A stretch of DNA of 64,000 nt, taken from NCBI GenBank assembly GCA_049521795.1, contig JBEKOM010000008.1, positions 1 through 64,000 on the forward strand, given 5' to 3'. Below the pieces are notes generated by a model, which was not told where the DNA came from, did no database searches, and worked only from the letters and a program-made list of their open reading frames with translations. Positions 51,736 through 60,582 of the stretch are shown here, in pieces. Numbering within the stretch: position 1 is the stretch's first letter; each line of letters opens with the position of its first letter. Source of the stretch: Candidatus Bathyarchaeia archaeon. GTDB taxonomy: Archaea > Thermoproteota > Bathyarchaeia > Bathyarchaeales > Bathycorpusculaceae. The position numbers and the translations under genes are program-made.

Positions 51736-51965
51736 CCTCTCTCACACAACACGAATGCTGAATTTTTGGGGGCGCTGTTAACTCTTTCGGTTGATGGAAC
51801 ACAAGACAAGTGCTTCGTCCATCGGCGCGCTAGGCTGTTTAGAAAGCGCGCGCCCATCTACTTTCCACAAAGCTTTAAGCTGTGCTTGGTCAGAGAAAGG
51901 GATACGAACTATCTTCAGACATTTCCAAAAGTGCAGGGTGCACAATCTGGGGTATAGTTCCCCGT

Positions 51966-52070
51966 GCCGGGGTCTCCTAGCTAGGTATGGAGCAAGCCTG
52001 GAGACGATCAAATTCGCCTAACAGCTTGTGGCCTCTCGGGGCCACGTGGGTTCAAATCCCACCCCCGGCG
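51966..52070 (+). tRNA. tRNA-Ser(GGA) with 19-nt intron at 37/38 (52004-52022)
   Basis: GCCGGGG/CCCCGGC acceptor, CAAGC/GCTTG anticodon stem with CT-GGA-G, long variable arm TGGCC/GGCCA, GTGGG-TTCAAAT-CCCAC, discriminator G, followed by T6. Confidence 0.93.
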
Positions 52071-52130
52071 CTTTTTTACCAGTAAATCTTATATAGATTC
52101 CGCATTTAACTTTAAAGAGGGCTGGTCGAT

Positions 52131-52655
52131 TTGGGAAAGACAGAGAGGATCAAGGATAGATCCATCTACGTTTATCTTCCATCCGTTGACCAAAAGAAAC
52201 GATGGGATGAACAGGCCAGCAAGCATGGTGTAAGCACGTCAAAGTTTGTGATACAGCAGGTAGAGAATTCGCTAAGGCAGACAGAAGATGACAATTACAA
52301 ATCCATTGGTGAACTTTGGAAAGAGAATAAACAACTAAAAGAGCAGTTCGATAAAGAGGCGAGAGAAAAACACGTACTTGAGATTGCGATTGAAAGGTTG
52401 GAAGAAGAACTAAGAAAGTACCGTGCGCAGCCGTTTCTTGATGACGAGTTTGTCGGCACACGACCGTATCAAAAAGAGCTCGTGGAAATTCTCAGGGAAG
52501 GACGGATCGTAAAGAGTGAGGAGGTTCTGTCTGGATTAAGGATTAACCCTACTGAACAGGAGACAGTTAAGGCTGTTTCAAAACAGCTAGAAAATCTAGA
52601 AAGTTATGGCGTAATTAAGTCTTCACCGAAGGGTTGGAGGTGGATTGAGAGATGA
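52131..52655 (+). CDS. Integrase-associated DNA-binding protein (RHH-like N-terminus, coiled coil, wHTH-like C-terminus)
   Basis: RSIYVYLP...W...A...GVSTSKFV; heptad segment; LENLESYGVIKSSPKGWRW; ATGA overlap with the integrase. Confidence 0.7.
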   Translation: MGKTERIKDRSIYVYLPSVDQKKRWDEQASKHGVSTSKFVIQQVENSLRQTEDDNYKSIGELWKENKQLKEQFDKEAREKHVLEIAIERLEEELRKYRAQPFLDDEFVGTRPYQKELVEILREGRIVKSEEVLSGLRINPTEQETVKAVSKQLENLESYGVIKSSPKGWRWIER

Positions 52656-53611
52656 GTCTTGATAATAATGTTGAATCAGTCAGTTCTATCAATGAGGCGA
52701 GACTTGCTGAAGGATTTCTGAAGGACTGCGAACTTAGAAGACTTTCTCCTGAGACAATTGAAGGGTACAAATCGAGTCTCCGAATAACTTCACAAATTCT
52801 CAGAAAACAAGGGCTAAGCTTAAGCAAATTGGACAAGGAATCTCTGAAAAGAGTTTTGGAGTTTCTAGTTGATCAAGGCTACGTCTGTAACACGCTACTC
52901 AATTATTTCGCCACTCTGTCTGGTTTCTGTGACTATTTAGTCTGGGAAGGAATAGCAGACACAAATCCTGTCGTTCCTTTTAGAAAAAGATACGTTAGGC
53001 AATTTAAAAACCAGCATGACCCGGAAAGGAAATTAATTTCAGTCGACGAGATGGCGATGCTGATTAATTCAATATTAGATCCTAGAGACAAAGCAATTGT
53101 CACTCTTCTGGCCAAAACTGGAATTCGAAGGGGAGAACTCATCGGAATAGACATAAAAGACATCGATTGGGTTAATCAAAGTATCCAACTCAAACCTCGT
53201 CCAAAAAGAAGCAACTGCACGGTCTTTTTCGACGACGAAACTGCCCGAGTTTTGAGAAGGTGGTTAAGTGCAAGGCGGGACTTTAATGTTCAACAGGGGT
53301 GCGAAGCCGTCTTCGTAAATGAAGGCGGGACGAGGTTGCAACGCCATGGAGTGACGGATGCAGTAACAAAGCATGCTGAACGCGTCGGATTACACAACCC
53401 TATGAGCAAAAGAATCGAAGACCATTTCACACCTCACTGCTGCAGACACTGGTTTACGACGCATCTCAGAAGAAATGGCATGAGAAGAGAGCTAATCCAA
53501 GAGCTGAGAGGAGATGCTAGAAACGCAGCAGTCGACATTTACGATCATATAGATAAGAAAGAGCTGAGGCGAGCCTACCTGGCAGCAATACCAGTGTTGG
53601 GCATTAACTGA
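52652..53611 (+). CDS. Tyrosine recombinase/integrase
   Basis: KTGIRRGEL (R), K, HCCRH (HxxR), LRGD, IYDH (Y); N-terminal SAM-like domain. Confidence 0.95.
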   Translation: MSLDNNVESVSSINEARLAEGFLKDCELRRLSPETIEGYKSSLRITSQILRKQGLSLSKLDKESLKRVLEFLVDQGYVCNTLLNYFATLSGFCDYLVWEGIADTNPVVPFRKRYVRQFKNQHDPERKLISVDEMAMLINSILDPRDKAIVTLLAKTGIRRGELIGIDIKDIDWVNQSIQLKPRPKRSNCTVFFDDETARVLRRWLSARRDFNVQQGCEAVFVNEGGTRLQRHGVTDAVTKHAERVGLHNPMSKRIEDHFTPHCCRHWFTTHLRRNGMRRELIQELRGDARNAAVDIYDHIDKKELRRAYLAAIPVLGIN

Positions 53612-53754
53612 ACTCTCACCTCTTTCGGACGCTCCCTGTTAGGTTTTAGAAAAACGTAGCGCGCGTCAAACTCCGAGCAAAACGCTACTCATTGTCTTTT
53701 CTTGTGGAAAGGAAAAGAACCAAAGATGTCTATTGACTGCCTTTAGTGTGGGGG

Positions 53755-53783
53755 ATGGGGCCTCCACCCAACTTTACCGGTAA
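53755..53783 (+). repeat. 29-bp direct repeat, copy 1
   Basis: ATGGGGCCTCCACCCAACTTTACCGGTAA; 26/29 identical to 57575-57603. Confidence 0.85.
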
Positions 53784-53976
53784 GAATATGCTTGGGTTAT
53801 GCTTGATTGGAGTTTAGCGCGCGCGCTCGTAGTTTCGTGTATTCTGATAATGGCACTTTCGTAGTATTGGATAAAAGCATATATAGAAAAGCAGCGGGCG
53901 CAAAACCGTTTGACGAAAAGCTTAAAAGATGATACATAAAATACAATGAAATATTCGTTATGGAGGGGGAACAAAG

Positions 53977-54861
53977 TTGAAAAACAGGAAATTGAAAATG
54001 AGTGTGTTGCTGATTGCAACTTTGATAGTGGCCGTGGGAATATATGGTATCTGGGCTAACGTTGGTCCGAAAAGCACTGGGTTAGCTGGAGATAACTCAG
54101 GATTCTCTTTGGTACGTCCAGCTTTTGCGCAGAGTATGGCTGCAGCAACCACATTTCTGGATCAAGAGGCTGGAATATCAATATACCTGAATACCGGAAG
54201 TTCTATGGACGTGAACGCTGCGGCAGCCAACCTCGTAAACATAGAAAACAAAACCTCTGACTGGGCCATAGGTTCTGTTCCTCTAAGCAGTCCTTTTACA
54301 AGTTCTGACTACCCACACTGCTTTGTCCATAAGAGCGGGTGGATCGTTGTCTACTATCTTAAAGCAACCTCACAAAATATGGCTTACATAAGCAAGATGA
54401 TAGTCTGGAAATCTGTCGCGAACGTAAATTCTCCGTTGAATGACACCAAGCTGGAGCAGGGACTGAGAATCGCTTGTACGCCTCTTGGGATATCTACAAC
54501 AAATGCGCAATATTATGACTTCCAGTACCCAAGCGCCACCAACTTACTAATAGCAGCCAAGACCACAATAAATGGATCACCAGCCACGTTCAACATAGAA
54601 ATCCCAGGAACCATGACAGTCTACGAACAAGCTTGGTGCCACAAGACTCACTCTTGGACGTCATGGGGAAACCCAGTGTCACCATCAGCTTTCAAAATCG
54701 ATCAAACACAAGTTGACAGTTGGATAGGAAGCGACGAGGTAACTATTGGTATGCTTGCGTTTCTACCGACCAATCCGCTGGCACTAGACATGTTTCATGT
54801 GGTTTACGTTGATGGAGACACTGGTTATTGCGGTATCTGTCTAACTATACTTTACTCCTAG
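53977..54861 (+). CDS. Secreted/membrane-anchored hypothetical protein
   Basis: Basic plus hydrophobic N-terminus; 294-aa ORF; no family recognised. Confidence 0.7.
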   Translation: MKNRKLKMSVLLIATLIVAVGIYGIWANVGPKSTGLAGDNSGFSLVRPAFAQSMAAATTFLDQEAGISIYLNTGSSMDVNAAAANLVNIENKTSDWAIGSVPLSSPFTSSDYPHCFVHKSGWIVVYYLKATSQNMAYISKMIVWKSVANVNSPLNDTKLEQGLRIACTPLGISTTNAQYYDFQYPSATNLLIAAKTTINGSPATFNIEIPGTMTVYEQAWCHKTHSWTSWGNPVSPSAFKIDQTQVDSWIGSDEVTIGMLAFLPTNPLALDMFHVVYVDGDTGYCGICLTILYS

Positions 54862-55887
54862 TTGTCAAAGCCTCGGAAGTGCCTGTGCTTGAAAAAGATT
54901 CCAGTGACATACCTCTGCTTAATCAGCCTACTGATTGCTATCGCCACATGCTTTACGTTGACGCATGCGAAAACTTTGCAGACTTCGAGTCTGCCTCGTG
55001 CAAGTATGCATGAAAGCGCAATTCAAGGAAATAGCATAGAGCTTAATAACACAGACTACAATTCAACTACTGCTTTTGAACATCCCGACCTTGGCAACGT
55101 GACCGAAAACGTTACGCAAAGAGTGGTCGTAGAGTACGGAGATTATGCGGCTCAGCACACAGTGTATCCGCCTGTCGGCCTGCCGTCAATACTCTCGACA
55201 AGGATAATCGTAGAATATGCTGATACATCACTTCTGATAGGTCTTCAAAGGCCTGAGGTTTTGAACCAAACAATCGCGCCGAGAATAATCATAGAATATG
55301 CCGATATGTCGTTTCAACTAAGCCTTCAGAGGCCTGAGACCCTCACCCAGACAATGGCGCCCAGAATAATTATTGAATACGCAGATTACGCGACAACCAT
55401 TGCCGTGTCGCCTTATATGGGTCCGCCGCCATATTCGAACGGCACGAGTCGTCCCAGCATTGTCGTAACGCGGGAGCCATCAGGGCCCCAAGTTCCTGAA
55501 AATCAGAGAGTTCTTGTTTCAGCGAATGTTACTGATGCAGAATCAGGAGTAAGAAACGCAACACTGGAATACACTCTGGACAACAGCACAGACTGGTCTC
55601 GTGCACATGCCACGCCTATGAGCCTCAGCACGACCCTGCAGCCTCAGAATTCTCTGGCTCTCTCTTTCAACGCAACAATTCAGGGGCAATCGTCTGGCAC
55701 GCGCGTACGTTTCAGGATAGTTGCCTACGACTTCGCTGGAAACAATGCAACGATAGATGGTGTGATAGATACCACTACTTATCTAGTAGTGCCAGAGTTT
55801 CCATCGGTCGTACTGCTGCCACTGTTTGTAATGGCAAGTCTGTGTGCAGCCATAGTCTACAGAAGAAGGCACTCAGTAAGTGGCTAA
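54862..55887 (+). CDS. Secreted protein with four RIIxEYAD repeats, Ig-like domain and PEF-CTERM sorting signal (start uncertain)
   Basis: C-terminus VVPEFP, then a TM helix, then RRRH; repeats RVVVEYGD, RIIVEYAD, RIIIEYAD twice. Confidence 0.78.
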   Translation: MSKPRKCLCLKKIPVTYLCLISLLIAIATCFTLTHAKTLQTSSLPRASMHESAIQGNSIELNNTDYNSTTAFEHPDLGNVTENVTQRVVVEYGDYAAQHTVYPPVGLPSILSTRIIVEYADTSLLIGLQRPEVLNQTIAPRIIIEYADMSFQLSLQRPETLTQTMAPRIIIEYADYATTIAVSPYMGPPPYSNGTSRPSIVVTREPSGPQVPENQRVLVSANVTDAESGVRNATLEYTLDNSTDWSRAHATPMSLSTTLQPQNSLALSFNATIQGQSSGTRVRFRIVAYDFAGNNATIDGVIDTTTYLVVPEFPSVVLLPLFVMASLCAAIVYRRRHSVSG

Positions 55888-56151
55888 CGAAGCGCGCGCG
55901 TTTTTGTGCATAAAAGACAGCGCGCGCGATCGAGTCTGCTGACATTATTGTAATCGCTGAGTCCCCTTTCTTTTCCTTTCGTCTCTTTCTTCCTTGTTAT
56001 ATTTGATACAGTTCTAGGAAGTATGAGTTTCAGCTCATGCGATAGAAGATGGTTCCAAAAAACTTTAATACCTAAACACAGAGGACAATCTTCAGGTCAT
56101 TGAGAAGTAAGAATTAGGGGAAAAAATCCACCAACCGGGAAGCGACTAGGA

Positions 56152-57498
56152 TTGAAAACAAAAATGGTTGTCGTTATCGCTATTGTGTTATTGGCTCAGT
56201 GCTCAATAGCTCCATTTCTCCATGAAGCAATAGCAGATTATTCGGGAAACCATTGTCTAAGTTACAACGGGGTCAATGATTATGTAGTTTTCGGGAATTC
56301 GCCAGTTTTCCATTCAGCCGCGCTCACTCTTGAAGCTTGGATTAAACCCAAATACGACATCATATATGGAAGCAATTCACAATATGGGCACCAAAGTGGA
56401 GTGGTCGCAACCACTCGGCCGCAAGGGATGTCGACTGACACTGGATGGCAAGTGTGGTTCAGTTATTCGAATGGCTACCTTGGCTTTGCATTTTGGTACG
56501 CGCCAGCTGTTGGAGTGTCTTACCAGTCAATCAAGCAGGTCTGGTACAATGATTCGTGGTACCACATTGCGGTTACGTATGACCCAACGCTACCCAATGG
56601 AAACATAAAGTTCTTCGTGAACGGAACCCTTGACTCCGAACTTAACGAAAATCATACTATTTCTTATTCCACCGCGGGGCCTTTCGAGGCTGGTCTGTTG
56701 CCAGGTGGACCAGATGGCGGTCACCCTTTTGGTGGCCTTATTGACGAAGTGCGAGTGTGGAACATCTCTAGGCCGCAGGCAGATATTCAAAGCGACTGGA
56801 ATAGAACACTTATCAGCACTGAAATGGCAAACCCCAACCTGATCGGATACTGGCGCTTCGACGAAGGAAGCGGACCGACTTCCCACGACTACTCGATTTA
56901 TCAAAACGATGCCGCTCTAGCCCCAGCCCCATCTAATCCGCAATGGTTTAGTCCAGGCGCCCCGATAGTGCTCGCGTCTCATGATGTAGCCGTCACGAAT
57001 GTTGTGTCTTCTAAGACTGGTTGCCTGCCAATGCCAACAGTTGGTCAAGGCTTCAGCGTCACCATAAACGTCACAGTGGCAAACCAAGGCAGCTACACTG
57101 AAACCTTTAACACAACAGCATATGCCAACGCAAACATCACGGGATCAGAAAACGTTACCTTACCAGCTGGCGGCTCCACGACAGTCACGTTCACATGGAA
57201 CACTACTGGCTTTGCCTTTGGCAACTACACCATAAGCGCTTACGCTTGGCCTGTCCCAGGCGAAACCAACACGGCGAACAACAACCTCACAGGCGGAACT
57301 GTTGAAGTAACTATTCCAGGCGACCTCAATGGCGACGGAACGGTCAACATTTTGGATGCTATATTACTTGCTAACGCCTTTGGCGCCACGCCCGGCAGCT
57401 CAACCTGGAACCCCAACGCAGACATAAACGGCGACGGTGTCGTAAACATCTTAGACGCCATAATCCTCGCAGGCCACTTCCAACAACACTACCCATAG
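56152..57498 (+). CDS. Secreted LamG + CARDB + dockerin protein
   Basis: TLEAWIK, WYHIAVTYD, IDEVRVWN, YWRFDEGSG; HDVAVTNV...V.V.NQG; GDLNGDG/ADINGDG. Confidence 0.87.
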   Translation: MKTKMVVVIAIVLLAQCSIAPFLHEAIADYSGNHCLSYNGVNDYVVFGNSPVFHSAALTLEAWIKPKYDIIYGSNSQYGHQSGVVATTRPQGMSTDTGWQVWFSYSNGYLGFAFWYAPAVGVSYQSIKQVWYNDSWYHIAVTYDPTLPNGNIKFFVNGTLDSELNENHTISYSTAGPFEAGLLPGGPDGGHPFGGLIDEVRVWNISRPQADIQSDWNRTLISTEMANPNLIGYWRFDEGSGPTSHDYSIYQNDAALAPAPSNPQWFSPGAPIVLASHDVAVTNVVSSKTGCLPMPTVGQGFSVTINVTVANQGSYTETFNTTAYANANITGSENVTLPAGGSTTVTFTWNTTGFAFGNYTISAYAWPVPGETNTANNNLTGGTVEVTIPGDLNGDGTVNILDAILLANAFGATPGSSTWNPNADINGDGVVNILDAIILAGHFQQHYP

Positions 57499-57574
57499 CC
57501 CCTTTTTCCTAGTTCAGCGCGCGCTGCTGCAAGCATCCCCTAGAAGGCGCTGCTCGCTCTGCCACACTCGAAAA

Positions 57575-57603
57575 ATGGGGCCTCCACCCGATTTTACTGG
57601 TAA
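57575..57603 (+). repeat. 29-bp direct repeat, copy 2
   Basis: ATGGGGCCTCCACCCGATTTTACTGGTAA. Confidence 0.85.
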
Positions 57604-57698
57604 AACGCGCGCGCAAGCCTGCACGTTAGTGTGTAAAGTCTTTTATTAGCTACCGAACATAATAGAGAAAATGTTTGGCGTAGTGAATGGCTCTCCAG

Positions 57699-57784
57699 AA
57701 GGGTCATCACCACTCGCTGCGATACGCAAACTTACAGTGTGCAATTGCACACTTAAGATTTTCGCAAGAGTGGCTTTAACCCTT
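57699..57784. other. 86-nt imperfect inverted repeat / long RNA hairpin
   Basis: AAGGGT/ACCCTT, CCACTC/GAGTGG, TGCGA/TCGCA and CTTA/TAAG nested around the perfect palindrome AGTGTGCAATTGCACACT (57736-57753). Confidence 0.8.
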
Positions 57785-57828
57785 AGGGAACCTTCCTCCT
57801 CACGCCAAATAGGAGGGGTCTATAAAAA

Positions 57829-58014
57829 ATGGGAATAAATCTGGAAAACCCGAAGACATTCTTGCCTTTATTACTATTCATAGGCTTTGTCTTTTCATTG
57901 ATAGGGTTGGGCTTGTGGACTTGGACATCAAACGCAGGGCTAGTGATTGTTGGTTATCTGACCATGATGCTGGCAGTATTTCTATGGGTTCTCATAAATC
58001 GCAGAAGGTTCTAA
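57829..58014 (+). CDS. 61-aa two-TM membrane protein with basic C-tail
   Basis: AGGAGG upstream; two hydrophobic helices; ends in NRRRF. Confidence 0.65.
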   Translation: MGINLENPKTFLPLLLFIGFVFSLIGLGLWTWTSNAGLVIVGYLTMMLAVFLWVLINRRRF

Positions 58015-58061
58015 ACTAAATGCTTGACCTAATACTGTCACCCTTCCCTTTTTTGAAAATA

Positions 58062-58134
58062 ATCGAACAAAGATATGATCTTATTGTCACATCTCCACCC
58101 TATCATCATTGATCCCTTTGCAGGAACAGGGTGC
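58062..58134 (+). pseudogene. Relic of an amino (N4-C/N6-A) DNA methyltransferase
   Basis: YDLIVTSPPY (motif IV) directly followed, in another frame, by IIDPFAGTG (motif I). Confidence 0.7.
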
Positions 58135-58379
58135 ATGTCTGTTAAGTTTACAGTATCCCTTTGGGTTATCCGCAAGAAGGTCTAGCCACTAATGTTGGGC
58201 CCCAGCGCGCGCGCTATTGAAATATTCAAACATGATTCCAATGTAAACATAACCTGATCTTAGACACGTTAAGGATGGGTGAGTCTTAAATGGCATTTGG
58301 CAACGTCAAAGTCATAGGATTTTGAGCACTCTACAACGAGCACAACAGGTGTGCGTGCTAAGCGAGAAAGTATTTTAAG

Positions 58380-58856
58380 ATGACTAACAGGTGTAAGGTT
58401 GTGCAAGAGAAATTGCAGAAAAACGGCAAACAGGAAGCCTCAAATCAGATCCTATCAGGTGAAGGTTTCCCTGACGGAAATGCGAAGGGAGAAGTAATTA
58501 AAGTTAGAAGATTGGAACTAGATTTAGGCAAGAAAGGACTATTCTTATCCTGCGAACCAAGGAAAATCATAGTCGCACAGGAGCTTCTCGCTATAGACGG
58601 TGCAAGTTTTGCCATAAGGGCTTTTCTCATGTCTGAGAATGTCGAACATTTGTTACCAAAAGCGATTCTACTAGAAAAGTGTAATGTCGAGCTTTTGAAC
58701 GGTTTAGTGGCCGCTGAAAGTGGTAAACCTAATATTGTTTTGCCCATTTACGTATGGGATGTCCGTTCTGAGCTTTTGAATAGAATCGAGAACGGAGAAA
58801 CATTGGAGATAAAGGTAAAACAGCATAAGGCAATCATCCATAGACTGTCGAAATAA
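58380..58856 (+). CDS. Aconitase X swivel-domain (DUF126)-like protein, divergent
   Basis: GEG...GNAKGEV, LPKAILLEK, GLVAAE, LPI, IENGETLEI resemble AcnX small subunits; the usual GKGST-like loop is not evident. Confidence 0.45.
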   Translation: MTNRCKVVQEKLQKNGKQEASNQILSGEGFPDGNAKGEVIKVRRLELDLGKKGLFLSCEPRKIIVAQELLAIDGASFAIRAFLMSENVEHLLPKAILLEKCNVELLNGLVAAESGKPNIVLPIYVWDVRSELLNRIENGETLEIKVKQHKAIIHRLSK

Positions 58857-58879
58857 ACACATTTAGAAAAAGACCACTA

Positions 58880-59764
58880 TTAGAAACCCTGGAAACACTC
58901 TGTAGTAATCCTAATGAAACCGTCAACAACTGAATCAAGGTCAAATCTAAATTCTGAATAACGTTTTATCAATCTTCTTATGGCCAGCGAGACCAAAGGA
59001 ACATTCGCCATAACTTCATTTATCACTTCGAACCAACGGTTCTCGTACTCGTCAGCAAGTTTCCTGTCAAACTCCTGCAGGGCCAGAATTACAGAAACCT
59101 TGCCCAGGCTTCTTGCTGTATGCAAAACTAGACAAGGAAATGTCAAGTCCTCTGAATCAATTGACTCTCTAAGTGCCCTTATATTCAATCGTTTTTTCTC
59201 TTCGAGGAGTGCTTCAAGAGACAATTGCCGATAGCTAATGTCACTCCTAAACATCAACTTGTAAGCTTTTGTGTCCCCGATCAGATTCAGGAGTATGGAC
59301 AGGTATTCTCGTGATATTCCTTCATCTTTTGTAAGCGAATAAATTCTATTCAAATTGCTCATGAACTCTGAGCCCCCGTGCGGAGGGTACTCTTTTAGAA
59401 CATAGTGAGCTATTTCATGGGCCAGAGCGAGTCTCTTTTCGCTGTCTGAGCGTTTAGCAAGGTCTTCAAGGTCGATACATATTTCTGGGGGTGGATATGG
59501 CATGAAGAGAATTGCAGGAAGCGAGGAGACAAAGAATCTTGTTTGTTTAAGGCTAGTTCTTTTTTTTAACTCTCTAATAATGTAATTGTGAAAGACAATT
59601 CTGTTGTTACACATGGTAACATTGACAGTTTCATCTTTTCCAGAAAGCTGACTGGAAATCGTAGCAATCTCCAAGCAAAGGCTTTTTTTCATTTGCAGGG
59701 ATATGTTGCCAATCGTTTTCGCGTTAATTGACAATAATGTCTCCCTTGAGTTCTGTATGGTCAT
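58880..59764 (-). CDS. HExxH zincin-like metallopeptidase domain protein
   Basis: ICID...SDSEKRLALAHEIAHY; ATGA overlap with the upstream gene. Confidence 0.65.
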   Translation of the reverse strand: MTIQNSRETLLSINAKTIGNISLQMKKSLCLEIATISSQLSGKDETVNVTMCNNRIVFHNYIIRELKKRTSLKQTRFFVSSLPAILFMPYPPPEICIDLEDLAKRSDSEKRLALAHEIAHYVLKEYPPHGGSEFMSNLNRIYSLTKDEGISREYLSILLNLIGDTKAYKLMFRSDISYRQLSLEALLEEKKRLNIRALRESIDSEDLTFPCLVLHTARSLGKVSVILALQEFDRKLADEYENRWFEVINEVMANVPLVSLAIRRLIKRYSEFRFDLDSVVDGFIRITTECFQGF

Positions 59765-60582
59765 TCTCTAATCAAATCATCTATAAAAGAGGCATCCTCT
59801 ACTTTTTCGCCACTCTGCCACAATTCTCTTTCAAACTCATCTCTTAGCTGCTGGGCCCTTTCTTTGTTTTCGACCAATTTTCCCTCAAAAATCTTCTTCG
59901 TTTCTTCATCTCTGTTTGAATAAACAATGTACTTGTCGCCTATAATAGTAGCTTCAAGAAATTTTGACTTCTCGTCGATCTTACCACAACGAATCTTGAA
60001 GTTTGAATTTGTCTCTTTTAGAAACTTCTCCAATATCTTTTTTCCCTCTTTAACGTAGCCTTTGTAGTTTTCATCCCGAATGTATTGTTTGAGAACAAGT
60101 GCTGCATTGTACTTATCAAAGAAATATTTCACTTTGAGACCCATTTCAGCCTTTCCGTCCCTAGATGCAGATGCCTTCAAAAGCAAATCGAAGTATTTTC
60201 TTCTAAACTTGGACTTCTCTGAACTGGGAAAAGGAAACGCGGAAGGGTCATATTCAGAGGCTAGTATAACCCCTGGTGTCGTGGAAACGATACAAATATC
60301 GGTTGAATTTTCGACAACCCATCTGGATTTTTCGTAAAATTGTTTTGCAGTATGGAGTTCCTTGTAGTTCCTTATATTAACCGCGGAAATGACAATTCCT
60401 CCAGATGTAAGTCCTGACAACGCGATACCCAAAGCAAATGCGAGTTGATTCAGGTAGACAAGCACACCCAAGCACGCTGCTATAACAATTAGGATTAGGA
60501 TGACTGCTATTCCTCTAAGACCTAATCTATCGTAAATACTACGAAATTCATTGAATTTTCTGTTTGAACTTATTTCGCTCAT
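59761..60582 (-). CDS. Two-TM protein with PLD-like/TrmB-type soluble domain (no HKD)
   Basis: Two N-terminal TMs; ICIVS...VKYF...IR...IIGD...G....N......L...FE..W pattern. Confidence 0.5.
   Translation of the reverse strand: MSEISSNRKFNEFRSIYDRLGLRGIAVILILIVIAACLGVLVYLNQLAFALGIALSGLTSGGIVISAVNIRNYKELHTAKQFYEKSRWVVENSTDICIVSTTPGVILASEYDPSAFPFPSSEKSKFRRKYFDLLLKASASRDGKAEMGLKVKYFFDKYNAALVLKQYIRDENYKGYVKEGKKILEKFLKETNSNFKIRCGKIDEKSKFLEATIIGDKYIVYSNRDEETKKIFEGKLVENKERAQQLRDEFERELWQSGEKVEDASFIDDLIRE

Noticed and set aside
53761-53770. TCCACCC in the 29-bp repeats as attR of tRNA-Ser
   Set aside because: The match to the tRNA 3' end is too short and gapped.
57699-57784. Hairpin as an integron attC site
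   Set aside because: It lacks RYYYAAC...GTTRRRY in the required orientation, and the integrase shows no evident IntI-specific insertion.
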